The translations under genes and the position numbers were made by a program. From Parcubacteria bacterium C7867-004 (GTDB lineage: Bacteria > Patescibacteriota > Minisyncoccia > Phycocordibacterales > Phycocordibacteraceae), in contig LFCN01000006.1 of NCBI GenBank assembly GCA_001189075.1, forward strand, positions 321,746-385,745: a DNA stretch of 64,000 bases. Direction: 5' to 3'. Shown piece by piece: positions 1-8,378 of this stretch. Within the stretch, counting starts at the first letter, position 1, and every line of letters starts with the position of its first letter. The notes beneath the pieces are model-generated. The model was not told where the DNA came from and made no database searches. It worked only from the letters and a program-made list of their open reading frames with translations.

Positions 1-489
1 ACAGCATTAAAAGAAAAACAGGGTGGGGCAAAAGAACGAGCCAAAGCATTACGAGAAAATGTATTAATTACAGCAGAACAGCTTCTCGGTGCTATTTCTG
101 AACGCGACAGGCTTCTCTTACTTATTGGATTGTACTGGGGAGAAGGTACCAAGCGGGATTTCTCCATAATAAATTCTGACCCAATGCTTCTTAAAACCTT
201 CCTTCAGTCCTTATCCGCACTCAATGTAGCAAAGGACAGAATATCGTTGTCCTTGCGCATCCATAACGATATTTCAGTCTTGGAGGCAAAGGTATTTTGG
301 TCAGATACACTGGAATTTCCGGTAGAAACGATCAATAGAATTGAGATAATTGAAGGTAAGAAGAAAGGAAAGTTGCCGCACGGAATGTGTCGTATACGCA
401 TACGATCCGGCATTCGTGAACGGCTACTCATTCAGAGTGCCATAAGGATTATTGGAAAAAGTAGCCAGAAGAAGCTACTATCCATCTAG
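1..489 (+). CDS. LAGLIDADG-type homing endonuclease-like protein, C-terminal part (ORF enters window from upstream)
   Basis: Frame is open from base 1 (..TAEQLLGAISERDRLLLLIGLYWGEGTKRDFSII..) to TAG at 487-489. IGLYWGEGTK resembles a LAGLIDADG dodecapeptide motif. Region is ~40% GC versus ~57% in flanks. Lies directly 5' of tRNA-Arg on the same strand. Confidence 0.35.
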   Translation, partial: TALKEKQGGAKERAKALRENVLITAEQLLGAISERDRLLLLIGLYWGEGTKRDFSIINSDPMLLKTFLQSLSALNVAKDRISLSLRIHNDISVLEAKVFWSDTLEFPVETINRIEIIEGKKKGKLPHGMCRIRIRSGIRERLLIQSAIRIIGKSSQKKLLSI

Positions 490-510
490 CCTCCTCAGGG
501 AGGTATTCTC

Positions 511-582
511 GCTCTCGTAGTTCAATGGATAGAATAGAGGTTTCCTAAACCTTCGATTCAGGTTCGACTCCTGACGAGAGCA
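511..582 (+). tRNA. tRNA-Arg (anticodon CCT)
   Basis: Cloverleaf by eye: acceptor GCTCTCG/CGAGAGC, D-arm GTTC..GAAT, anticodon stem GAGGT/ACCTT with loop TTCCTAA (CCT), T-arm TCAGG-TTCGACT-CCTGA, discriminator A. No encoded CCA. Confidence 0.8.
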
Positions 583-610
583 CAACTTTAAATGCTATAA
601 TCCAAGAATC

Positions 611-949
611 ATGCCGCAACCGTTCGTAGCCGAAAAGGGGCCGTTACCTTCTGAGACGGTTGCGCCGCAGGGACACTTGCAGGCCCTTCTCGAGGAGAAT
701 CTTGCCGTAGCGAAGGATAATAATCGGCTCCTGCGTCTCATACGCAGGGATGCGATGCTCAACCTGATAGCGAAGATCGTCATCTGGATGATCCTGCTCG
801 GCGTGCCGCTCTTCTTCCTCGGAACGTACATCGGACCGCTTCTGGACGCATTCTCATCCGCCACCTCAGGACAATCTACTCCTGGATCCCTACCGTCGAA
901 GGACCAGCTGAATACTCTTTTGGAGGAATATAAGAGCGTATATCAGTAG
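611..949 (+). CDS. hypothetical small membrane protein
   Basis: 112-aa ORF with a C-terminal hydrophobic helix (IAKIVIWMILLGVPLFFLGTYIGPLL). A TATAAT hexamer at 594-599 lies only 11 nt before the ATG, suggesting a leaderless mRNA. Sits between two tRNA genes. Confidence 0.35.
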   Translation: MPQPFVAEKGPLPSETVAPQGHLQALLEENLAVAKDNNRLLRLIRRDAMLNLIAKIVIWMILLGVPLFFLGTYIGPLLDAFSSATSGQSTPGSLPSKDQLNTLLEEYKSVYQ

Positions 950-1016
950 GGTTTGGGGAGGTGAAAAGCAGGGGGCGGTGTGCTAGAATCGGGGCACCGG
1001 AACCATACGGTACTAC

Positions 1017-1089
1017 GCTTGAGTAGCTCAGTTGGTAGAGCGCGCCCCTGAAGAGGGTGAGGTCACCAGTTCGACCCTGGTCTCAAGCA
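1017..1089 (+). tRNA. tRNA-Phe (anticodon GAA)
   Basis: Acceptor GCTTGAG/CTCAAGC, D-arm GCTC-AGTTGGTA-GAGC, anticodon loop CTGAAGA (GAA), T-arm ACCAG-TTCGACC-CTGGT, discriminator A. Confidence 0.85.
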
Positions 1090-1135
1090 CATCGAAGAAG
1101 TCCGCATACGCGGCAACGGGCGGTATAGTTACAAT

Positions 1136-2215
1136 ATGTTCAAGAAGGGACTGGCGTGGCTTCAGCGGAACGAACGGCACCTCGGTGCCATTGTTTTCGT
1201 TGCTGGATTCGTTACCGACATCCTCACCTTCACATTGCTCGATATCTCTCTCGTGAACCTGGTGTTCGCGGGCTATCTCGCGCTTGCCGCAGTCTGCATT
1301 CTCGTCTCGCATTTCCTGGTCTCGCTTCCGGGACAGGGATCGGTAACAAGACGTACGCTTGCGGTCATCCTTCCGCTCGCGGCGCAGTATCTCCTCGGTA
1401 ACCTTCTCTCCGGGTTCCTTATCTTCTATACCAAAAGCTCGGTACTGCTGGTCTCCTGGCCATTCATCGTGCTCCTCCTGCTTGTCTTCATCGGTAACGA
1501 ATGGTTCAGGAAGTATCGCGACCGTATCGCGTTCTTCGCGGTGCTCTTCTTCTTCTCGCTTTACGCGTATGCGATATTCGCATTGCCGCTTTTCATCCGA
1601 ATGCTCGGTCCGTGGGTATTCATTGGTAGCACCGTTATTTCAGCCGGACTATTCGCACTATTCCTATTCCTGCTTTGGAAGACGGGACGGGCCCGTCTTG
1701 AGCAGTCCCTCATGCCCATAATAGGCTCCACGCTCGCGATCCTCATCGTTATGGTAGCGTCGTACTTCACTGGTCTCGTGCCGCCTATACCGATAACGCT
1801 TAAGGACGGAGGTATCTATCACGGCATCGAGCGGAGCGGAGGAAACTACGTGCTTCTTGCGGAAGACCCGAAGCCGTTCTGGGACATTCGCTCGCCACGG
1901 GTCCACGTCGCGTCCGGAGAGACGGTGTACGCGTTCGCTTCAGTCTTCGCGCCGATACGCTTCTCAACCTCGGTAGTGCACCGCTGGGACCAGTATGATG
2001 AGCGTCAGAAGCGCTGGGTGACGCTCAGTCGGACATCCTTCCCGATAGCAGGAGGCCGTGCAGAAGGGTACCGAGGGTACTCGCAGGCAACCGATCTTGA
2101 ACCGGGTCGGTGGAGGGTTTCGGTTGAGACTCCCGGCGGACAAGTGATTGGCCAGCTTCGGTTCGAAGTTGAGCGGGTTGATGCCCTCCCCGATCTCCAC
2201 AAAGAGATACGATAA
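1136..2215 (+). CDS. polytopic membrane protein with C-terminal soluble domain, function unknown
   Basis: 359-aa ORF. N-terminal about 230 aa form multiple hydrophobic helices. C-terminal about 130 aa are hydrophilic and beta-rich. Followed by a strong terminator. Confidence 0.6.
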   Translation: MFKKGLAWLQRNERHLGAIVFVAGFVTDILTFTLLDISLVNLVFAGYLALAAVCILVSHFLVSLPGQGSVTRRTLAVILPLAAQYLLGNLLSGFLIFYTKSSVLLVSWPFIVLLLLVFIGNEWFRKYRDRIAFFAVLFFFSLYAYAIFALPLFIRMLGPWVFIGSTVISAGLFALFLFLLWKTGRARLEQSLMPIIGSTLAILIVMVASYFTGLVPPIPITLKDGGIYHGIERSGGNYVLLAEDPKPFWDIRSPRVHVASGETVYAFASVFAPIRFSTSVVHRWDQYDERQKRWVTLSRTSFPIAGGRAEGYRGYSQATDLEPGRWRVSVETPGGQVIGQLRFEVERVDALPDLHKEIR

Positions 2216-2218
2216 GCA

Positions 2219-2246
2219 AAAAGGCCCTCTCGGGCCTTTTGGTTTT
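2219..2246. terminator. bidirectional rho-independent terminator
   Basis: AAGGCCCTCTCGGGCCTT hairpin followed by TTGGTTTT. Lies between convergent genes 1136..2215(+) and 2251..2766(-). Confidence 0.7.
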
Positions 2247-2250
2247 ACGC

Positions 2251-2766
2251 TTACCCTGCCTTAACGCGAAGCTTCGTCTGCCGTGCCTTATCGAGCTTCG
2301 GAAGGATGATCGAAAGGAGTCCGTCTTTTGCTCCTGCGGATGAGTTGTCGACATCTACTTCCTGAGGAAGGAGAATCGTGCGGGAAAAGGAGCCCCAGAA
2401 GAGCTCACGGGTGAAGTAGTCGGAATCGCTCACCGAATCACGCTCATCGCGGGATCCTTCGATGACCACCATGTCGCGGCTTATGGAAACATTGAGCTCG
2501 TCAGGACGGACACCGGCGACGAATGCGCGGATAACGATCTCGCCCGGCGTCTGATAGACGTCTACCGGAAGCTGGCCGTCGCTCTGATCATCCTCGACGG
2601 TGTCGAGGATGCTGCGCGCTGAAGCGGATGACTGCACAACTGTCTGCTGGCGGACCGGAGCCTGCATTCCTCCTTGCATCGGCAGGAGCTCGTCGTCGAA
2701 GGAATCGTACCGATCATCAATCGGTGCGACGCCTGCAAGCTTGTCGAAGAAATTACGTTTTTTCAT
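2251..2766 (-). CDS. Hsp20/alpha-crystallin family small heat shock protein
   Basis: 171 aa. Alpha-crystallin domain-like segment VDVYQTPGEIVIRAFVAGVRPDELNVSISRDMVVIEG..FTRELFWGSFSRTILLP..GLLSIILPK. Confidence 0.75.
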   Translation of the reverse strand: MKKRNFFDKLAGVAPIDDRYDSFDDELLPMQGGMQAPVRQQTVVQSSASARSILDTVEDDQSDGQLPVDVYQTPGEIVIRAFVAGVRPDELNVSISRDMVVIEGSRDERDSVSDSDYFTRELFWGSFSRTILLPQEVDVDNSSAGAKDGLLSIILPKLDKARQTKLRVKAG

Positions 2767-2778
2767 GAATAGGAAGGA

Positions 2779-3501
2779 TCAGCAGGTGTTTTTTGGTAAG
2801 CGATGATAGCGGAGATACTTAAGTACTTCGAAGAGTGCGAAGAAGATAACGGCACCGCTCCATACGATGAAGAAAGCGATGAGCGTATAGGAACCGCTAC
2901 CGTCAATTATAAGGAAGTTGAAAAGGGCGTGCAATGAGATGGCAAGGATAAGTCCGACTACTGCGTATGCCGTTCGTATCGGGCGCTTCATGAGGAAGGA
3001 GAAACCGAGTGCGAATCCTATAGCGGACGATGCGATGACGTGCAGGAGGGTCGAACCGATGAAGCGCAGGTTGCCGGTAAGGAATCCCTCGAGGAAGTGA
3101 CCGCCGGAGAATGGGGAGATGAGGAAGAGCGCGTTCTCAAGCGCTGCGAACCCGAGTGCTACCGTCATCATGTAGATAACGAGGTCTACCGATTCGTTTA
3201 CGGCAGGCCGCCAGAGCACGAGAATGGCGGCTAGCACGTATTTCGCGGTCTCTTCGATAGTCGCCCACGCGACAATAACGGGAAGGCCTGCAGGTAGGAA
3301 GAGGACCGCGATACGCTCAAGCGGAAGGACGAGCGATACGGCAAGCATGCCGGCCAGGAGCGCGAGCATAACCATGGTGCGGGGCTCAGGGCAGCGAGTG
3401 TCCTCCTTGATGAGGAAATAGAGCCAGACGAGAGCGGGGAGGATGCCGCCGAGGAAGGCAAAGAGTGCGGTCTCGAGGGAGATCATGCGCTCAGTATACA
3501 A
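2779..3501 (-). CDS. PrsW-family intramembrane protease-like protein
   Basis: 240-aa polytopic membrane protein carrying the PrsW signature elements EETAKY (EExxK), FAALENALF (FxxxE) and HALFNF (HxxxN). Confidence 0.55.
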   Translation of the reverse strand: MYTERMISLETALFAFLGGILPALVWLYFLIKEDTRCPEPRTMVMLALLAGMLAVSLVLPLERIAVLFLPAGLPVIVAWATIEETAKYVLAAILVLWRPAVNESVDLVIYMMTVALGFAALENALFLISPFSGGHFLEGFLTGNLRFIGSTLLHVIASSAIGFALGFSFLMKRPIRTAYAVVGLILAISLHALFNFLIIDGSGSYTLIAFFIVWSGAVIFFALFEVLKYLRYHRLPKNTC

Positions 3502-3546
3502 CGCCCGAGTTGTGTCCTGGTTGGGGTATATGACGAAATAGATCGC

Positions 3547-5679
3547 CTACGCCTTCGTCGAAGGCCACTTGGTAACCATGAGAAGTCCCTGATTCGGCAT
3601 GAGACTCGCCCAGATCTCTTCGGTAACGAACGGCATGAAGGGATGGAGGAGCTTGAGGACATCAGCTAGTAGGGAGCGGAGGAGGTTCTGGCGGGAGGCA
3701 CGAGCTGCTGCATCGCTTCCGGTGAGGATTGGCTTTGAGGTCTCGAGGATATCGTCAGCGAGGCGATGCCAGGCGTAGTGGTAAATCTTCTCGGCAGCGA
3801 GGTAGACACGGTACTCTTCGAGGTCTTTTGTAACGTCAGCAATAAGCGCATCAAGCTCGGCACGGAGTTCCTGATCAACTGAAGTGAGCGGTACTGAGAG
3901 ATCCGCTCCTTCGGTCTCTGTAAGGACGAAGCGGGAGATGTTCCAGAGCTTGTTCGCGAAGTTCTTGTAGCCCTTTATTTTGTCCTCGCGCAGCGCTAGG
4001 TCGGTGCCGGGCGTGTTGCCCACGATAAGACCCATGCGGAGCGCATCGGTGCCAAACTTGTCAGTAAGGTCGAGCGGATTGATGACGTTGCCTTTGGACT
4101 TCGACATCTTTTTTCCATTTGCGTCGTTCACGAGGCCGTGTAGATAGATGGTATGGAATGGCGTCTTCTTTCCGAGATACAGCCCGAAGATGATCATGCG
4201 GGGAATCCACTTGAATACGAGGTCGTATCCGCTCTCCATGACGTCAGTCGGGTAATGGGTGGCATCCTTTCCGTCAGGGAATCCGGTAGTAATAAGCGGC
4301 CACTGGCCTGACGAGAACCAGGTATCAAAGGTGTCGGTATCTTTTTCCCATCCATCGCCGGAAGGCTTCTGAAGGCTCGCAACGATCTCCTCGGTATCGG
4401 TATTCCGATTCCGGAACCAGGCTGGAATCTGGATGCCCCACACAATCTGACGGGAGATGTTCCAGTCGAGAGCGTTCTCCATCCAGTAGCGGAATACTTT
4501 TTCCTGGTATTCGGGAATAAATGTCAGTTCCTTGCGGTCCGCTGCATCAAGCGCCATCTTCGCAAGCGGCGCCATAGTAACGAACCACTGATCCTTTATC
4601 TGCGGCTCGATCATCGTTGCGCACTTGTAGCAGCGCTTAACCACGTTCGTGTACTTCTCATCGGTCGACACAACGAGACCTTTGCTCGCGAGCTTCTCGA
4701 CGATCTTCGCTCGGGCTTCCGTAATCTTCATGCCCTCGAACTCTCCGGCGATTGGGAGGAGCTTGCCGCGCCAATCGATGATCTGCTCCATATCGAGTCC
4801 GTGGCGCTTCGCGATCTCGAAGTCGATCTGGCTGTGCCAGGGGGTGATGGTCATCACGCCGGTACCAAAGTCCATCTCGACCGCCTCATCCTTGATGATG
4901 GTCGCTTCGATCGGGCCGTTGATCCATTCGACCGTGAGTTTGTCGCCATGCTTGTATTCGGCATACCGTGCATCGTCCGGGTGCATCACGACATACTTGT
5001 CGCCGAACTTGGTCTCAGGACGCACGGTGCCGATATCAAAGGGTCCGTACTTGAAGGTGTAGAAGGGAGTGGTCTCTTCAACGCTCTCGGTCTCGACGTC
5101 CGATAGGGAAGTCTGATGCTTCGGGCACCAGTTCACCGTCCGCTTGCCGCGGTATACGAGTCCGTCGTCATGCATCTTCACGAATGTCTGCTGAACGCGC
5201 TCGATGACGTCGGGATCAAGGGTGAACTTCTCGCGGGACCAATCGCAGGAGGCGCCGAGCGCGCGGACCTGGCCCTCCATGTTCTTCTTGTTCATGAGGG
5301 TGAACGCAAGTATCTCCCCATAGAGATCCTTCGGGTCCATTGAGAAGCGGGAACGCCCCTCTTTCTCGAGCTTCTTCTCATACACCACCTGGGTCTCGAA
5401 ACCCGCGTGGTCAGCACCCGGGATCCAGAGCGCGCGATATCCCTGCATGCGACGGAAGCGCGTGAAGAGGTCCTCAAGCGCGATAAACAGCGCGTGGCCG
5501 GCGTGCAGGTTGCCGTTAGCGTTCGGGGGCGGCATGACGATAGTGAAGGGTTTCCCGTTGTGCGCGAGGAGCTCCTCCGGTAGGTTGTCCGGGTTGAAAT
5601 AGCCGCTCTTCTCCCAAGCCTCATAGATGCGAGACTCGGTGTGAGCGGGTTCGTAGGGACCGAGGAATTTATCGTCCAT
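3547..5679 (-). CDS. valS: valyl-tRNA synthetase (short form, 710 aa)
   Basis: Class I aaRS HIGH motif PPPNANGNLHAGHAL and KMSKSKGN. N-terminus SRIYEAWEKSGYF and overall arrangement are typical of ValRS. Lacks the long C-terminal coiled coil. Confidence 0.7.
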   Translation of the reverse strand: MDDKFLGPYEPAHTESRIYEAWEKSGYFNPDNLPEELLAHNGKPFTIVMPPPNANGNLHAGHALFIALEDLFTRFRRMQGYRALWIPGADHAGFETQVVYEKKLEKEGRSRFSMDPKDLYGEILAFTLMNKKNMEGQVRALGASCDWSREKFTLDPDVIERVQQTFVKMHDDGLVYRGKRTVNWCPKHQTSLSDVETESVEETTPFYTFKYGPFDIGTVRPETKFGDKYVVMHPDDARYAEYKHGDKLTVEWINGPIEATIIKDEAVEMDFGTGVMTITPWHSQIDFEIAKRHGLDMEQIIDWRGKLLPIAGEFEGMKITEARAKIVEKLASKGLVVSTDEKYTNVVKRCYKCATMIEPQIKDQWFVTMAPLAKMALDAADRKELTFIPEYQEKVFRYWMENALDWNISRQIVWGIQIPAWFRNRNTDTEEIVASLQKPSGDGWEKDTDTFDTWFSSGQWPLITTGFPDGKDATHYPTDVMESGYDLVFKWIPRMIIFGLYLGKKTPFHTIYLHGLVNDANGKKMSKSKGNVINPLDLTDKFGTDALRMGLIVGNTPGTDLALREDKIKGYKNFANKLWNISRFVLTETEGADLSVPLTSVDQELRAELDALIADVTKDLEEYRVYLAAEKIYHYAWHRLADDILETSKPILTGSDAAARASRQNLLRSLLADVLKLLHPFMPFVTEEIWASLMPNQGLLMVTKWPSTKA

Positions 5680-5784
5680 TATGAAGAGAATATAGCAGAG
5701 ATTATGTCTTCAGGGCACCTGCTGACGATTGACAGTCGAAGTCTCCGTGGTAAGGTCCGCGTGGAGTTTCGAAAGGTATAACCG

Positions 5785-6321
5785 ATGACAAAACGGATCG
5801 ACTGGACCAGGGTATATCGCTCCGGTATCACTGCCTTTGGGGGAGAGCTAGAGAAAGCGGGAATCCTATCGTCGCCTCAAGCGGGTGCGCACAGTTTCCT
5901 CAAGGTCGCCTCGATCGTCAGGATTGAGCGGCCGTTTCCGCCAAATGAGGAAGATGTCATACCGAAGGGCGGGCGTCTCGGCGTGGGTACGCGCGAACTC
6001 ATCGAGGGCGCGCCGTTCAACGACCAGACGGTGGCGTACCTCGCGATCTTGCAGCTGACGACCAGGTCGTCTCCTGCGCGCTATCTCCCCGAGATCGCGG
6101 CCTTTCCTGACGTGGCGCCGTGGATGCTCCAGCACATCCTCACGCCCGATAAAGACCATAGGAACTACCTCCGTCAGCAAGCCACCAGCTGCGTGATCAA
6201 CGGCACAGAGCTCTGGATGCGAAAGGTCGGCGTGGGGACATGGGAGATCGAAGAGCCGCGTCCGCACTTCTCAAGAAGCGAAGGCGGACTCGTGATCGTT
6301 CCGATCGCGTTCCCGATCTGA
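5785..6321 (+). CDS. hypothetical protein
   Basis: 178-aa ORF. Upstream TTGACA..TAAGGT promoter-like pair and AAAGG RBS. Followed by a hairpin terminator. Confidence 0.45.
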   Translation: MTKRIDWTRVYRSGITAFGGELEKAGILSSPQAGAHSFLKVASIVRIERPFPPNEEDVIPKGGRLGVGTRELIEGAPFNDQTVAYLAILQLTTRSSPARYLPEIAAFPDVAPWMLQHILTPDKDHRNYLRQQATSCVINGTELWMRKVGVGTWEIEEPRPHFSRSEGGLVIVPIAFPI

Positions 6322-6326
6322 GATGA

Positions 6327-6357
6327 GTCCGCGGAAGGGATTTCCGCGGGCTTTTTA
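6327..6357 (+). terminator. rho-independent terminator (copy 1 of a near-identical hairpin pair)
   Basis: GTCCGCGGAAGGGATTTCCGCGGGCTTTTTAT. 8-bp stem CCGCGGAA/TTCCGCGG followed by a T-run. Confidence 0.65.
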
Positions 6358-6488
6358 TATGTCATCTCAATGATTCCATTGCCAATTCTTATTTATATTA
6401 TACAATGATTCGGGATACCGTACACCGCTTCGGTTGGGCAACAAGCGGAAGAGGTCTTTCCATAACGCACATCCATCTGTGAGTAACG

Positions 6489-6995
6489 ATGATGCACACC
6501 AGTCATGGAGAGCCGCCGTCGCGTCATCTTCTGGTGATGCACGGCATACTGGTCCGAGTAACGACGGGCGATCAACTGCATCCGCTGACGTTTTTCGAGA
6601 ACCCTGCGTTCTCGTGCGCTGACGCATTCTGGGAGGCACTTGCTCGTTCGGCTCCTCGACCCGGTTTTACGCCCGGAACACCGCACCAGTTTGGCCACGA
6701 GCATTTGAAAAAGCGTTTCCAAGGAGACGCGGTTTCACCGCTCATTCCGCCATCGTGGACCTTGATGAACTTCTGGCACCTCGCCGAGCTCTTGAAACCC
6801 GCGTATACACGGGCACTTCATGAGCAGGAAGATCATTTGCTACCCTTCGGAAATCGGATAATCTGCCCGACCGACGCTGGTTTGGTTCAGATGAGCCATG
6901 TAGAAACGTGGCGCATGGATATGGTCGCCGAGGGGAAGCTCGACTTCCCGGCCCATACGCACCTGGTCGGACTCATCAACAAAGACATCCATTGA
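6489..6995 (+). CDS. hypothetical protein
   Basis: 168-aa ORF with balanced amino-acid composition. Preceded by an AT-rich promoter-like stretch (6360-6420). Stop TGA lies 16 nt before the next ORF's ATG. Confidence 0.35.
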   Translation: MMHTSHGEPPSRHLLVMHGILVRVTTGDQLHPLTFFENPAFSCADAFWEALARSAPRPGFTPGTPHQFGHEHLKKRFQGDAVSPLIPPSWTLMNFWHLAELLKPAYTRALHEQEDHLLPFGNRIICPTDAGLVQMSHVETWRMDMVAEGKLDFPAHTHLVGLINKDIH

Positions 6996-7010
6996 TTGCA
7001 AGGAGTTGCA

Positions 7011-7166
7011 ATGACGTTCAAATCGCTACCGTCACCCGATCCTCCGTTGACGGAGGGGCCGGGGCATCTCTGGGGAGTGCCGATGCCGCTGACTCCGCGC
7101 GGAGAAGAGGGCCCGCACTATCAGATGCCCGCCTTCAAGAAAGCCAAACGTCGCAAACGGCCCTAA
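7011..7166 (+). CDS. small hypothetical protein (51 aa, basic C-terminus KKAKRRKRP)
   Basis: Not in the supplied ORF track because it is under 60 aa. ATG at 7011 is preceded by a consensus AAGGAG Shine-Dalgarno at 6999-7004. TAA at 7164-7166 is followed immediately by a terminator hairpin. Translation: MTFKSLPSPDPPLTEGPGHLWGVPMPLTPRGEEGPHYQMPAFKKAKRRKRP. Confidence 0.4.
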   Translation: MTFKSLPSPDPPLTEGPGHLWGVPMPLTPRGEEGPHYQMPAFKKAKRRKRP

Positions 7167-7171
7167 GGGGT

Positions 7172-7209
7172 CCTGTCCGCGGAAGCGATTCCGCGGACTT
7201 TTCTTTTAT
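7172..7209 (+). terminator. rho-independent terminator (copy 2 of a near-identical hairpin pair)
   Basis: GTCCGCGGAAGCGATTCCGCGGAC followed by TTTTCTTTTAT. About 90% identical over ~35 nt to the hairpin at 6327-6357. Confidence 0.65.
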
Positions 7210-8378
7210 GTAAGTGCGAGGTTCCCGTTTGCTATCATCGTTTGGGAATTGGCGAAGTCATTGTGAAGCGCGCGATAGTAGCCAGCGATGGCGATCATGA
7301 TCGCGTTATCAGTCGTATACGCCCGATCTGGAAGGAAGAGCGCCACCTCCGGATACTCCTCACTGATCTTCTGTGCGAAATACCGACGAAGATGCGTATT
7401 TGCAGAAACGCCACCACCAAGCGCAAGCGTCTTCGCTCCCGTCTCCTCAAGGGCTCGTGCGGTCTTTTTCCAGAGTACCTCCGCGACCGCGTCCTCGAAC
7501 GCATGCGCAAGCTGCTCCTTCTCAAGCTCAGATACTTCTTTTCCTTTTACGAGATACATGACCGCGGTCTTGAGGCCGGAGAACGAAAAATCACAATGCG
7601 GATCAGTAATCATCGGACGCGGCAGCTTGAATGGATTGGTTCCCGTATCCTCTCGGTTACGTTCGGCAAGCTTTGAAATCTCGGGACCTCCGGGATAGGG
7701 AAGACCGAGCATGCGTGCAACCTTGTCGAAGGCTTCGCCAACCGCGTCGTCACGGGTCTGTCCGATGAGTCGATAGGAAAGCCAGGGGTCCATGGAAACG
7801 AGTTCGGTGTGTCCGCCCGAGATAAGCAGACCGAGCACGGGAAGCCCGATATCTTTTATTACTAGTTCGCCATCAGTTTCTATAACAAGTGAGGAGAGCA
7901 GGTGACCTTCCATATGGTTCACGCCTATGAGCGGCTTGTTCCATGCGAGCGAGAGTGCTTTCGCGAAGTTAACGCCAACCCAAAGGGCAGGCTCGAGGCC
8001 TGGACCATGCGTTACGGCAATCGCATCGATATCCGGAATCTCGCTTTCCTTAAGGAATTCGAGTAATTGTTCTGCGAGCTCGAACTCTCGAGACAGGAGC
8101 TCGCCGAGCGTAGTGGTAAGTTCTTCAGAAAGTGCCTGCGTATCCTCATGCAGAAGTTCTGCTTCCTCAAGCGCAGCACCAAGAATAGGAACGAGATTCT
8201 TCGCGTGCTCGCGCTTAGCCATCATAGGAAAGACCCCGCCGTACTCCTTATGGATATCGATCTGCGAGAGTAGCGCGTTGCCGAGTACGCGGAAGTTAGC
8301 CAGACGCTCGTCACCCGAACACTCCAGTATCGAAATAGCGGTCTCGTCGCACGAGGTCTCAATCGCGAGTATCTTCAT
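7206..8378 (-). CDS. tsaD: tRNA N6-adenosine threonylcarbamoyltransferase TsaD (Kae1/Gcp family)
   Basis: MKILAIETSCDETAISIL.. N-terminus, YGGVFP, GVNHMEGH metal-binding motif, GGVSAN. Contains an acidic helical insert of about 38 aa (EDTQALSEELTTTLGELLSREFELAEQLLEFLKESEIP) relative to canonical TsaD. Confidence 0.85.
   Translation of the reverse strand: MKILAIETSCDETAISILECSGDERLANFRVLGNALLSQIDIHKEYGGVFPMMAKREHAKNLVPILGAALEEAELLHEDTQALSEELTTTLGELLSREFELAEQLLEFLKESEIPDIDAIAVTHGPGLEPALWVGVNFAKALSLAWNKPLIGVNHMEGHLLSSLVIETDGELVIKDIGLPVLGLLISGGHTELVSMDPWLSYRLIGQTRDDAVGEAFDKVARMLGLPYPGGPEISKLAERNREDTGTNPFKLPRPMITDPHCDFSFSGLKTAVMYLVKGKEVSELEKEQLAHAFEDAVAEVLWKKTARALEETGAKTLALGGGVSANTHLRRYFAQKISEEYPEVALFLPDRAYTTDNAIMIAIAGYYRALHNDFANSQTMIANGNLALT

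Noticed and set aside
1028-1312. ORFs 1028..1312(-) and 1032..1256(+)
   Set aside because: Both overlap the tRNA-Phe gene and the start of the membrane-protein gene. They are not supported.
6908-7213. 101-aa plus-strand ORF
   Set aside because: It reads through the 7172-7209 terminator hairpin. It is out of frame with the SD-supported 51-aa ORF at 7011..7166.
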